DNA from: Desulfurivibrionaceae bacterium
GTDB taxonomy: Bacteria; Desulfobacterota; Desulfobulbia; Desulfobulbales; VMSU01
Direction: 5' to 3'
Length of the DNA stretch: 64,000 bases
NCBI GenBank assembly: GCA_030145275.1
Contig: JAQYVV010000006.1
Location: 8,000-71,999, forward strand
The notes under the pieces are model-generated. The model saw nothing but the letters and a program-made list of their open reading frames with translations. It did no database searches and was not told where the DNA came from. The position numbers were made by a program, and so were the translations under genes. Below, piece by piece: positions 36,223 to 45,161 of this stretch. Position 1 is the first letter of the stretch, and every line of letters begins with the position of its first letter.

Positions 36223-36243
36223 TTTCAACTTTCAACTTTCAAC
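36223..36243 (-). repeat. Heptamer array (GTTGAAA)x3 in the sense of lolA
   Basis: The plus strand reads TTTCAAC x3, beginning 12 nt after the lolA stop. Confidence 0.8.
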
Positions 36244-36255
36244 TTCTACCAAGCA

Positions 36256-36954
36256 TCACTGCTCAATAATTTCTGTCCCCTCTGGAGGCCTAAAAGAAAA
36301 AAGTTCCTCAGAAATTTGCGGATTAAGTTTAACATTGCTGAAAAGCATATCAGTCGTACTGCCGAATGTATCAACGATCAATAGTCTGTTAATTAAAAAT
36401 TTCTCATCGGTCCAAAGCAAAATATAATCGATCTGAGGATGTTCTTTTTTTGGGGCTACACGGAGAACTATCTCACTATTGTTTGTGTTCAAATCTTCTT
36501 CCCCAGGTGCTTCTATTGTAAAATCCCGGAGTAGATTACCTCTTCCTGCAAAAAAGGAGTAGGTAACATCTGATTCTAAGTACTGCTTGGCGGGAGCAAC
36601 CAGCATCTGTTTTTCCTGGGCAAAGTACATGGTTATGCTCTGACCATCACAGACAATAACCTGCTTGTCCGGAATTTCGTAATCCCAACGCATGCGCCCT
36701 GGTTTTAATAAAAGCATTGAACCTCGCCCCTCTTTCTCCCTCCTGCTCATTTGGGAGGACGTTAGCTGGACAAAATCAGCCGACATGGAAATAGTGGCAT
36801 CATACTTTTCCTGCAATCGCTGAGCTGCTTCCATTGGTGATATCTGCCCAGCAAAAAGAGATGGGATCATGCATGGGAGAAACAGAACTGACACAAAAAA
36901 GAGGAGAGAGCTCACCATGCCCCCTGTTGAATTATACTTTGGGTTTAACACCAT
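36256..36954 (-). CDS. lolA: Outer-membrane lipoprotein carrier LolA-like protein
   Basis: Signal peptide, size, and F.Q........GRG...LLKPGRMRWDY pattern. Confidence 0.65.
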   Translation of the reverse strand: MVLNPKYNSTGGMVSSLLFFVSVLFLPCMIPSLFAGQISPMEAAQRLQEKYDATISMSADFVQLTSSQMSRREKEGRGSMLLLKPGRMRWDYEIPDKQVIVCDGQSITMYFAQEKQMLVAPAKQYLESDVTYSFFAGRGNLLRDFTIEAPGEEDLNTNNSEIVLRVAPKKEHPQIDYILLWTDEKFLINRLLIVDTFGSTTDMLFSNVKLNPQISEELFSFRPPEGTEIIEQ

Positions 36955-37041
36955 AAATCCTGCCCTTTTATACCTTAGTGGTTATTTTCTCAATGTCTCA
37001 ATCTTAATATTATCGCGACAAGGCGCTTATCCGAAAACTGG

Positions 37042-37842
37042 CTAAAAGCCTTTGTCCTTTATAAGTTCAATCTTACGCCCGAAAATCCTTCTGGCTGTGC
37101 TGGTTGCCGCTTCCGTCACATCCGAAACGTAATAGAAATTCTCTCCACCTTTTTCCAGTTCGCTGGCAAACTCTGAGTTGTCTTGAAGATACTCTTTCAG
37201 ATTTTCGGCAAGTTCCTCTGAAGAATCAATTATGGTGGTGCGTTTGCCAATTCGGGGCTGAATAATTTTTTTCAGGAGCGGATAATGGGTACATCCCAAG
37301 ACTAAGGCCGTAACCTGTTTTCTTTTCAAAGGAGCCAAATAGCTGCGCACAATCATCTTGGTCTCCCGCTTGTTAACCCACCCCTCTTCTACCAAAGGTA
37401 CCAGAAGAGGACATTCCTGGGAGAAAATATGGGCATCCAGGCACAGTTCTCTGATTTTTTTAGGATAAATACCGCTATTAACAGTAGCTCGGGTGCCGAT
37501 AACCCCTATTCTTGCCTTTTCATTGACACAAATCTGCAAATTCTTGACCCTTTTAACAGCCGGCTCAATAACATCAAAAATGGGTAGATCAAAGGTCTCC
37601 CGAACGTAGTCTGATGCAACACTCGCAGCAGAATTACAAGCTATCACTATCAGTCGGGCACCTTTCTCTATCAAAAACTCAATATTCTGCCTTGAGTATC
37701 TTTCTATTGCCTCAGGGCTTTTGGAGCCATATGGGGTCCGTGCCAGATCGCCAAAATAGACCAACCGGTACTCAGGCAAAGCCTTTTCAATGGCATGTGC
37801 AACGGTCATACCACCAACCCCTGAATCAAATATTCCGATCAT
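37042..37842 (-). CDS. murI: Glutamate racemase
   Basis: IGIFDSGVGGMTV, IACNSAS, and LGCTHYPLL. Confidence 0.92.
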   Translation of the reverse strand: MIGIFDSGVGGMTVAHAIEKALPEYRLVYFGDLARTPYGSKSPEAIERYSRQNIEFLIEKGARLIVIACNSAASVASDYVRETFDLPIFDVIEPAVKRVKNLQICVNEKARIGVIGTRATVNSGIYPKKIRELCLDAHIFSQECPLLVPLVEEGWVNKRETKMIVRSYLAPLKRKQVTALVLGCTHYPLLKKIIQPRIGKRTTIIDSSEELAENLKEYLQDNSEFASELEKGGENFYYVSDVTEAATSTARRIFGRKIELIKDKGF

Positions 37843-37887
37843 TTTACTCTTTTATTTGGAATTACGAAGCAAAGAAAATGGACATTA

Positions 37888-38058
37888 GTAAGTATTCGGC
37901 ATGACTCCATCTTCGCACGATCAGGCTGTCTCACATAGCCAACTATGCTACGCCAGCCTGATCGCACGAGGTAAGCGTAGACTCCGATATGAAGCCATGC
38001 CAAACATTTACAAATTTTTCGGTTTATGTAACTTTTTTAGCTCATGCCGAATATTTAC
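37888..38058. repeat. Composite type A repeat
   Basis: GTAAGTATTCGGCATGACTCC...GATCAGGCTG...CAGCCTGATC...CATGCCAAACATTTAC plus a second CATGCCGAATATTTAC terminus. Confidence 0.85.
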
Positions 38059-38134
38059 GGGCATTAGCAGCAATTGCCTTGCAGTTCTAAGGTTTAAGGT
38101 TCATACCTGTTCCTGCTGAACCTAGAATGAAACA

Positions 38135-39073
38135 TCAGGAGGGACAATAACCAGTACGTCGATCTATAAGATAATTATTTCCGGGTACTTCCTTGGCCTT
38201 ATGTTTAACCTGAGATGCAACAGCAGACACCTCACCAAAATGTTTAAATTCACCATGGCTTGTGGGGATAACTGCAATGGATATACTCAAGAGGCCAAAT
38301 TCGGTGATTCTGCCCTGCCGATCCTTTTCTACAAAGCCGCCCCTTTTCACATCTTCAGGCTCAATAAACATATTTCGAACTGTTTCAAAATTCGAAATAA
38401 TCCGCTGGCACACTTGCTCGACCTTTTCTTCTTTGACAATAAAAACAAAATCATCGCCGCCAATATGTCCGGCAAAACTACCCTCCCGAGCTATTTCATC
38501 GATAACATTAACCATTATCCTTGCCATCATCAGAATAACTTCATCACCTTGTGAAAAGCCATAATGATCGTTATATGGTTTAAAATTATCAATATCAATA
38601 TAACCAACCGCCGCACCGTTCTGAGCATCCAGAACCGCTTGAATTCTTTTAAGAATAGAGGTATTGCCAGGCAGTTTGCTTAAAGGGTTATTATCGAACA
38701 CCCGGTTCATCCTGGCATCAGCAAGGCGTAGCCTGGTCAGCAAAAACTCCGGCACCACAGGTTTAACCATCAGATCATCAACAGGAAATAGATCCCAGTC
38801 GATACCGGTAATCATATCTTCATGGGAAACAACAAGAATGATTGGAATATTGGCTTTCTGTAGACAGGCTTTGACCACCCTGATAAGGTCATGATCGCCG
38901 TTCCCGGCAAACCCCTTTTCTAAAAGAAGAAGGTCAGGGGGATCTTCAAGGACGAAGGATACAGCGACTTGTAGGTCAGCACAGGAGATTATTTTATATT
39001 CATTTGCCTCAAGTATAACTCGACACTCTGCCCTATCCATGAGTTCATGTCCGGCAAACAGAATTCTGACCAT
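38135..39073 (-). CDS. Pseudo-receiver + GGDEF-family domain protein (GGDDF variant)
   Basis: The REC-like N-terminus has Glu where the acceptor Asp is expected (DLLLLEKG). The GGDEF domain contains DIDNFKPYNDHYGFSQGDEVI and HIGGDDFVF. Confidence 0.8.
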   Translation of the reverse strand: MVRILFAGHELMDRAECRVILEANEYKIISCADLQVAVSFVLEDPPDLLLLEKGFAGNGDHDLIRVVKACLQKANIPIILVVSHEDMITGIDWDLFPVDDLMVKPVVPEFLLTRLRLADARMNRVFDNNPLSKLPGNTSILKRIQAVLDAQNGAAVGYIDIDNFKPYNDHYGFSQGDEVILMMARIMVNVIDEIAREGSFAGHIGGDDFVFIVKEEKVEQVCQRIISNFETVRNMFIEPEDVKRGGFVEKDRQGRITEFGLLSISIAVIPTSHGEFKHFGEVSAVASQVKHKAKEVPGNNYLIDRRTGYCPS

Positions 39074-39079
39074 AGCCTA

Positions 39080-39967
39080 TTAGGCCTCCCCTGCTTCCAT
39101 GGCATTTTCAATGCCGGCATTAACTTCAAGACTGAACCCCTTAACATCCCACAGTTTTTCTTCAACTTCTTCTATTATTTCATCTAAATCAGTGGGACTT
39201 AAGTCTAAAAGTTTCCAAGCGCGCTTACTCAGTTTAGGGACTTTTGTATCGGCAGCATGACAATACCCCATGCCACGGATTAAAATATCACTAAAATGAA
39301 TGATCGCACTGCTCAACTGTTCGTCCTTGGCAGTTCTCGGGTCATGGTGGCAGGTAATCGGTTCGACCAGTTTTTTAGGAAGATTCCAGCTTTTGGTCAG
39401 CCAGCCACCAGCCTCGGCGTGATCTATGCCAAGAATTTCCAATTCCGCCTGGCGCATGGAAATTCCCTTTTCTGCTACAAGTGCATTTATTTGTGCATAT
39501 TCTTTAGGTAATTCCATTTTGATGGCAACTTTGCCAATATCGTGGATCAGACCAGCCGTGCTGATCTCCTCAGGATCATCAACACCTAGTCTTTTTGCGA
39601 TAACACTACAGGCAACAGCACAGCCGAGAGAGTGCTCCCAAAGCTCAACATCCTGGTCTTCCATAACCTCAAAAATGGAAGCACTTATAATCAGACTTTT
39701 CACAACATTAAAGCCCAAGAGAATAATGGCACTGCTTAGGGAACTGATCCTTTGCGGAAAGCCGTAAAAAGCAGAATTCACAAGTTTTAGAAGTTTTGCA
39801 GCGAGAATGTGATCCTTGCTGATCACCTTACCCATCCGCTCAGTGGTCGTCTCAGGGTCGTCGGCCATGTTGGTCAATTTTTCAACGATTCCGGGCAAGG
39901 TAGGTAGACTTTTACAGTTTCTAAGCGCAGTACGAAACTCCGCCTTTTTGTCACGTTCCATCATCAA
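39080..39967 (-). CDS. HDOD-domain signalling protein
   Basis: LPTLPGIVEKLTNMADDPETT...ISKDHILAAKLLKLVNSAFYGF...AIILLG, followed by HDIGK. Confidence 0.8.
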   Translation of the reverse strand: MMMERDKKAEFRTALRNCKSLPTLPGIVEKLTNMADDPETTTERMGKVISKDHILAAKLLKLVNSAFYGFPQRISSLSSAIILLGFNVVKSLIISASIFEVMEDQDVELWEHSLGCAVACSVIAKRLGVDDPEEISTAGLIHDIGKVAIKMELPKEYAQINALVAEKGISMRQAELEILGIDHAEAGGWLTKSWNLPKKLVEPITCHHDPRTAKDEQLSSAIIHFSDILIRGMGYCHAADTKVPKLSKRAWKLLDLSPTDLDEIIEEVEEKLWDVKGFSLEVNAGIENAMEAGEA

Positions 39968-40296
39968 CTCCGTGAAGCAATCAATCTTTGCATCAAACGT
40001 TTTTTCATATACATCAATGGTTTTATATCCGTCACCAGAGTGAATCTGTCTTCCATATCCTGTAATTCTTCCTTCAGGGATTTTTCGCCTGCAATTTCTA
40101 CGGGGTGACCTTCAACCGTGATATTAGAAATATCCATACGGAGAAGCCTATCAATTAGACTTGCGGTTAAGGCTGTCCCCTTACCGCACAGGACTCTGCC
40201 TCCCTCAATTTCAATATCTTTGCCAAGAATCATACCCTCTTTAGCCTGGGCACTCAATATCTGCTGCATTGAATAAATCCTCCAAATATCATCCAT
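39964..40296 (-). CDS. Hypothetical small protein, 4-nt overlap with the HDOD gene
   Basis: The ORF is translationally coupled to the HDOD gene. The pattern GMILGKDIEIEGGRVLCGKGTALTASLIDRL resembles N-terminal modules of HD-GYP-type proteins, but the resemblance is weak. Confidence 0.45.
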   Translation of the reverse strand: MDDIWRIYSMQQILSAQAKEGMILGKDIEIEGGRVLCGKGTALTASLIDRLLRMDISNITVEGHPVEIAGEKSLKEELQDMEDRFTLVTDIKPLMYMKKRLMQRLIASRS

Positions 40297-40477
40297 GAAA
40301 GAAGCGACATAAACTCTTTCGAAGAAAGATCTACTCTATCATAAAAACATACTTAATCCCTCCTTTTTTCACAACCATGGGCCACAAAACTTCATTGACA
40401 CAAAGTAGATTCGTTATTAGTTTTAAATGGTTTTAAGGAAAGAGTCTTAACGTAGAATATAGGTAAGGAGTAGAAGA

Positions 40478-40780
40478 ATGCCAATTTATGAGTATGAATG
40501 TGATAGTTGCAAAGAAGTCCAAGAAATCTGTCAAAGTATGTCAGAGGAACCCAAAAAAACCTGCCCGAAATGTTCTGGGTCACTGCGAAAACTTATCTCG
40601 ATGAGTTCTTTTCAACTCAAGGGAGGCGGTTGGTATTCTGACGGATATAGCAGCAATAGCAATGCTTCATCAAAATCTGAGAAAAGCGCCCCTGCCTGTA
40701 GTAGTGCATCAAAAGCAAAACCCGCTACTAAGGAAACAAGCTGCCCGAAAGCAAATGGAGCCTCCTGCGCCTGCGCCTGA
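40478..40780 (+). CDS. FmdB-family zinc-ribbon protein
   Basis: MPIYEYECDSC...CPKCSG, a CxxC...CxxC ribbon. Confidence 0.85.
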   Translation: MPIYEYECDSCKEVQEICQSMSEEPKKTCPKCSGSLRKLISMSSFQLKGGGWYSDGYSSNSNASSKSEKSAPACSSASKAKPATKETSCPKANGASCACA

Positions 40781-40802
40781 TCCACCACATTTTCCACATC
40801 TC

Positions 40803-40838
40803 AAAAAAAAATAGAGGCCAACTGGCCTCTATTTTTTT
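40803..40838. terminator. Bidirectional rho-independent terminator (fmdB / queA)
   Basis: A9-TAGAGGCC-aact-GGCCTCTA-T7 between convergent genes. Confidence 0.85.
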
Positions 40839-40859
40839 GCATGCCTTGAGCTAGGTATA

Positions 40860-41954
40860 TCACTTTGTCAGGACCATGGCATCACCATAGCTGTAAAAAC
40901 GATACCCCTTTTTTAATGCCTCCTGGTATGCCTTCATAACTCTATCTTTTCCAGCAAAAGCGCTGACCATAAACAGGAGAGATGACTTAGGGAGATGAAA
41001 GTTGGTAACGAGATTGTCAACAACTTGAAAAGTATATCCCGGATAAATATACAGATCACAGGGACCCTGGGTTTCACGAATTCCGCCCTTTCCATCCGCT
41101 GAATACTCAAGAGCCCTTGTGGTTGTCGTCCCAACCGCCCACACTCGTCCTTTGGCGCTCCTTGCCCTGTTAACTGCTGCCACTGCATCTTTTGAAACCG
41201 TTATATATTCAGCATGAATTTTATGCTGCCTGATATCATCAACACGGACGGGTGAAAAAGTGCCATAACCGACGTGTAAAGTTATCCTTGCAACCTTTAC
41301 CCCTTTTTTTTGAATATCTGCCAGCAACGCCTCCGTAAAATGTAACCCGGCTGTCGGCGCCGCGATAGCGCCGCTTCTATTAGCATAAACGGTCTGATAG
41401 CGATCACGATCATCCGATCCAGCCTTAGAATCTCTTCGTATATAAGGGGGCAAAGGAACATTGCCATATTGTGACAACACCTGGTCAAGTTCGCCGTTCC
41501 AGGAGAGCCGTACAGAAACGGTAGCATCCGGGGCAATCTCAATAACTTCCCCCTGCAGATTTGGACCAAAAAAAAGTCTCGCCCCAGGCTTGGGCCGCTT
41601 TGAACTTTTCAAAAGTCCCTGAATTGTTGCCTCCGACTCCCAAGCAGTAGTATCACCTTTCCCCTTCCCCCTTTGTATACATCCAGACTCCGGATAGTGC
41701 AGGAGCATAAATTCAATCTTGCCTCCAGTCTCCTTTTGCCCAAGAAGTCGGGCCGGAAAAACTCGGGTATCATTAACAACCAGCACATCATTTGGCTTTA
41801 ACAGGTCAACAAGGGATGAAAAAAGGCCATGGGAAACATCACCAGACACAGTATCCAGGTGCAAGAGACGGGATTCATCCCGCTTTTCTGCCGGTTTTTG
41901 AGCAATACTGCTTTCCGGCAGTTCAAAATCGTATGAGGAGAGAGTATAAGACAA
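40860..41954 (-). CDS. queA: S-adenosylmethionine:tRNA ribosyltransferase-isomerase
   Basis: YDFELPESSIAQKPAEKRDESRLL, and APTAGLHFT. Confidence 0.92.
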   Translation of the reverse strand: MSYTLSSYDFELPESSIAQKPAEKRDESRLLHLDTVSGDVSHGLFSSLVDLLKPNDVLVVNDTRVFPARLLGQKETGGKIEFMLLHYPESGCIQRGKGKGDTTAWESEATIQGLLKSSKRPKPGARLFFGPNLQGEVIEIAPDATVSVRLSWNGELDQVLSQYGNVPLPPYIRRDSKAGSDDRDRYQTVYANRSGAIAAPTAGLHFTEALLADIQKKGVKVARITLHVGYGTFSPVRVDDIRQHKIHAEYITVSKDAVAAVNRARSAKGRVWAVGTTTTRALEYSADGKGGIRETQGPCDLYIYPGYTFQVVDNLVTNFHLPKSSLLFMVSAFAGKDRVMKAYQEALKKGYRFYSYGDAMVLTK

Positions 41955-42000
41955 GATGAATGCTTTAGTAATAAAGGGTTAAGAAAAAAAGATATAAGTA

Positions 42001-42198
42001 TCAGAACATACTTGTTCGTTGAGTCAGATAACAGAGCCAAAGCCCCAAAGCCACCGCGACAAAACCACTGATCCGTAATGCCCGGGGAGGCAGAGCCGTT
42101 ACTTGCCGCAGCCATTTCTGCATTGCTTCTGGAAAAGCGGCATACGGTAATCCCTCAAAAATCAGAACAAGTCCTACCAGGGAAACAAATAATTCCAT
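42001..42198 (-). CDS. DUF2065-family small membrane protein
   Basis: LVGLVLIFEGLPYAAFPEAMQKWL. Confidence 0.65.
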   Translation of the reverse strand: MELFVSLVGLVLIFEGLPYAAFPEAMQKWLRQVTALPPRALRISGFVAVALGLWLCYLTQRTSMF

Positions 42199-42471
42199 AT
42201 ATGTACTCCGCCCTTTAAATTTTCAAGTTAGCCAACCAAGCTACCGACTTTGCTTCCCCTTGACAATGAGTTTTTTACAATGTGCGAAACAACTTGGCAA
42301 AAACAAAACATCAAACCTAATCTCTTTGGGAAAACTGCAAAGAAACAGATCCCAACTGAATCAGTGGATGAACATATCCCATAATAATATTATTTCAGAT
42401 AAAACACCCCATCGATGAACCCGGTGTCCACTTTTTCTCCCAACCAATCGCATTTGAGTATTACTGAAAAG

Positions 42472-42523
42472 GTTAGAGATCAATTAAGTACACCCAATAT
42501 TGCGCCCCCCTAACCCGTAAACG
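42472..42523. repeat. Third repeat type, copy 2 (inverted)
   Basis: GTTAGAGATCAATTAAGTACACCCAA...CCGTAAACG, the reverse complement of 33585-33637. Confidence 0.8.
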
Positions 42524-42757
42524 CTCCATGAACACCATAAAAATTTACCATGAGTGGCGAACCTATCAGAACCACAAGATTTCTGCCTATAATTATTACC
42601 TTTTTTCTTGCGCTCATACTTGAGGTGTGGTATCAAAATTCGTATTCAGGATCATATAAATTATCATCCGGGATATTGTCCTTTGGCAGAGTCTAACGTT
42701 GAAAAGTTCATAAGGTTTAAAAAAAATAAATTGAAAAAAATCACATCTAGGAGACAA

Positions 42758-43699
42758 ATGATGCCTGAAAGAAAATCAACTCATCGCAACATTATGGGGA
42801 TAAAAATACTTCTTCTTGCGGCAATTTCTCTAGCTGCTTGGGGCTGTGTCCAGACGCAACCGACAGCAACAAAAGAAATGCCATCCCCCTCACAGGAAAA
42901 CCAGGCAACTGTCATAGTCCCTATGGAACAACAAGCAGCTCCTGTAGCCCCAGTATCAAAATCACTTCAGAATACGGACTGTGCAAAATGTCATGACGGT
43001 GAACCAGCAGACATTGAAACAAGCGGCGCACGTCATAAAACAGAGATAGGATGCCAAGATTGTCATCTTGATCATCCCCTCGTTGGCACTGAAATCATTC
43101 CACAGTGCGCTATGTGCCACGATGCAGGAGACAAGGAACATTTTAATCTTGGCGCCAGCGCCGTCTGCCTTGAATGCCACAGCAATCCTCACGCTCCACT
43201 GAAGATTGCAATGTCTGACACCCCTGAAACTTCTCAAGTATGTTTCACCTGCCACGAAGATAAAAACAAAGAATTTCAAGCATTTCCAAGCCTTCACTCG
43301 GAGCAGAATTGTACCTTATGTCATCCTAGCGAGCATAAAGTCATAGACAAGTGCTTTGAATGTCACGCCAAAGACGAATATCACGGTGGCAACGGCGCCT
43401 TTATGGTCTACGAAGATTGTATTGATTGCCATAAACCACACAGCCCATTAGATATTACCTATTCAGCTGACACACCATCCATTGTCTGCGGTACTTGCCA
43501 TGGTGATCTTTTAGAATCTCTTAGCGCCAATAAATCCAAACACAATTCTCTTCTTTGTGTTGACTGCCATCTAGACAGGCACCCAACTGTACCGAACTGT
43601 AGCGATTGTCACGATGCACCGCATGCCGCTTCCATGTTAACTTCCTTTAACGAAGATTGTCTTAAGTGTCACAATAATCCGCACGACCTGATCTATTAA
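42758..43699 (+). CDS. Dodecahaem cytochrome c (3 x tetrahaem modules), probable lipoprotein
   Basis: There are 12 CXXCH motifs in three units, each ending C..CH..PH.(P)L. The start was moved to the ATG after TAGGAGA. The signal reads ILLLAAISLAAWGC. Confidence 0.85.
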   Translation: MMPERKSTHRNIMGIKILLLAAISLAAWGCVQTQPTATKEMPSPSQENQATVIVPMEQQAAPVAPVSKSLQNTDCAKCHDGEPADIETSGARHKTEIGCQDCHLDHPLVGTEIIPQCAMCHDAGDKEHFNLGASAVCLECHSNPHAPLKIAMSDTPETSQVCFTCHEDKNKEFQAFPSLHSEQNCTLCHPSEHKVIDKCFECHAKDEYHGGNGAFMVYEDCIDCHKPHSPLDITYSADTPSIVCGTCHGDLLESLSANKSKHNSLLCVDCHLDRHPTVPNCSDCHDAPHAASMLTSFNEDCLKCHNNPHDLIY

Positions 43700-43727
43700 T
43701 TCAGTTAAGCAGAGACTTGTGCAACAT

Positions 43728-43768
43728 AAGCGACTCATAGATTTATTTTCATGAATCATGAGTCGCTT
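43728..43768 (+). other. Intercistronic hairpin (11-bp perfect stem, 19-nt loop)
   Basis: AAGCGACTCAT...ATGAGTCGCTT between the two cytochrome genes. It is followed by TAATATTA and not by a clean U-tract. Confidence 0.4.
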
Positions 43769-43866
43769 TAATATTATAGAAAACACCTTGTTCTTCTCCA
43801 GTGCAAAAAACAGTTCATAAACGTACTGAAGAGGGAAAAAAGAACCTGAGAATAGGAGATTAAAAA

Positions 43867-45024
43867 ATGAAAAGAAGCAAGTTACTTGTCCATTATGGTC
43901 TTTCCAGTCTTCTTTGCTTTATGGCGGGCCTTATTTTGTTCAGTATGCCGGCACAAGCAGGAACAGATGGAGTACCCCTGACCAAAAAAATAACCGCTGT
44001 CCCGGAAAGACCAGGGATTTTTGATCAAAATATTCAACCACTCACTCTCCAGCAATGCTCCCAATGTCACATTGGGGTTTTCACGCTTCTTAAAGAACAA
44101 GGCACACGCCATCAACTTGACTGTGTATTCTGCCACGAAGCTTATCATACATTTGCACCGGGTAAGGTTGAATACCAGGATTCCATCCCTAAATGCACAA
44201 CATGCCACGGTTTACCCCACGGAACTACCGCAGAGGTATCAACTTGTAGCAATTGTCATTCAAATGCGCATAGCCCATTAAATATCCCTGCGGTTACCGC
44301 AGATCAGTGTATTATGTGCCACAGCGGGCCTCCACAGGAGCTGCAAGATTTCCCAAGCCTTCATTCCGATGTCGCTTGTACCGATTGCCATACAACTCAT
44401 GGTCTAATCCCAAGCTGCTACGATTGCCACAGTGAGACTGGCGGAGAACCATACCATCTTACTGATGTCGAGTCGGCTACATGTGTCACCTGCCACCCCG
44501 TACATAATCCGCTAAAACTACAATACGCAGATGACACCCCACAAAATCAATGTGCTCCATGTCACAAAAATGAATCACATGAACGCGTTCTAAAAGTTGT
44601 CCAAACTGCAAATTCAAAGCATAATACAGAAGTAACCTGTGCAAGTTGTCATACCGAACATGCACAAATTCCTTCATGTTTCGACTGCCATGACACAGAG
44701 GGACATCGTGCCGGCCTAGCGGATGCAGATTGTCTGCGTTGTCATACCGACCCACATGACCCACTTAATCTGACCTTCAGCAAAGCGGAGCCTCAAAAGA
44801 GTTGCGCTGGATGCCATGGTGAAGTGTATGACACTCTGCTGAAAAGTGACACCCGCCATACTCAGCTAACATGTACTCTGTGCCATCCGTCGCATGGTGA
44901 AATTCCAGAGTGCCAAAAATGTCACGGAGTTCCACATGGAGAAGTAATGCTGAAACAATTTCCTGGAGGTTGTGGTAGCTGCCATGGTATTGCCCATGAG
45001 GTTGAAGGTAGAATGAAGGATTAA
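43867..45024 (+). CDS. Hexadecahaem cytochrome c (4 x tetrahaem modules), secreted
   Basis: There are 16 CXXCH motifs in 385 aa. The signal peptide reads ...LILFSMPAQA. Confidence 0.88.
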   Translation: MKRSKLLVHYGLSSLLCFMAGLILFSMPAQAGTDGVPLTKKITAVPERPGIFDQNIQPLTLQQCSQCHIGVFTLLKEQGTRHQLDCVFCHEAYHTFAPGKVEYQDSIPKCTTCHGLPHGTTAEVSTCSNCHSNAHSPLNIPAVTADQCIMCHSGPPQELQDFPSLHSDVACTDCHTTHGLIPSCYDCHSETGGEPYHLTDVESATCVTCHPVHNPLKLQYADDTPQNQCAPCHKNESHERVLKVVQTANSKHNTEVTCASCHTEHAQIPSCFDCHDTEGHRAGLADADCLRCHTDPHDPLNLTFSKAEPQKSCAGCHGEVYDTLLKSDTRHTQLTCTLCHPSHGEIPECQKCHGVPHGEVMLKQFPGGCGSCHGIAHEVEGRMKD

Positions 45025-45045
45025 ACTACACCTGCTGTATTTGTT

Positions 45046-45092
45046 AAAAAGGTTATTGAGACTGCCATTGCGGTCTCAATAACCTTTTTTTA
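45046..45092 (+). terminator. Rho-independent terminator after the cytochrome pair
   Basis: GGTTATTGAGAC-tgccattgcg-GTCTCAATAACC followed by TTTTTTTA. Confidence 0.85.
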
Positions 45093-45161
45093 TTTCTACC
45101 TATCCTTAGGCACTTGATACACGCCTAAACAGCAAAATATACTATTCTACTCTCATTATTA

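Noticed and set aside
37901-38119. 72-aa ORF (MTPSSHDQAVSH...MPNIYKFF...).
   Set aside because: It is encoded by the composite repeat at 37888-38058.
42260-42281. TTGACA ... TACAAT sigma-70-like boxes upstream of the dodecahaem gene.
   Set aside because: The spacer is only 10 nt, far from the 16-18 nt required.
33585-42523. Composite transposon bounded by the inverted third-type repeats.
   Set aside because: The enclosed genes are core housekeeping genes (S1 protein, lolA, murI, queA). No transposase or target-site duplication is seen.
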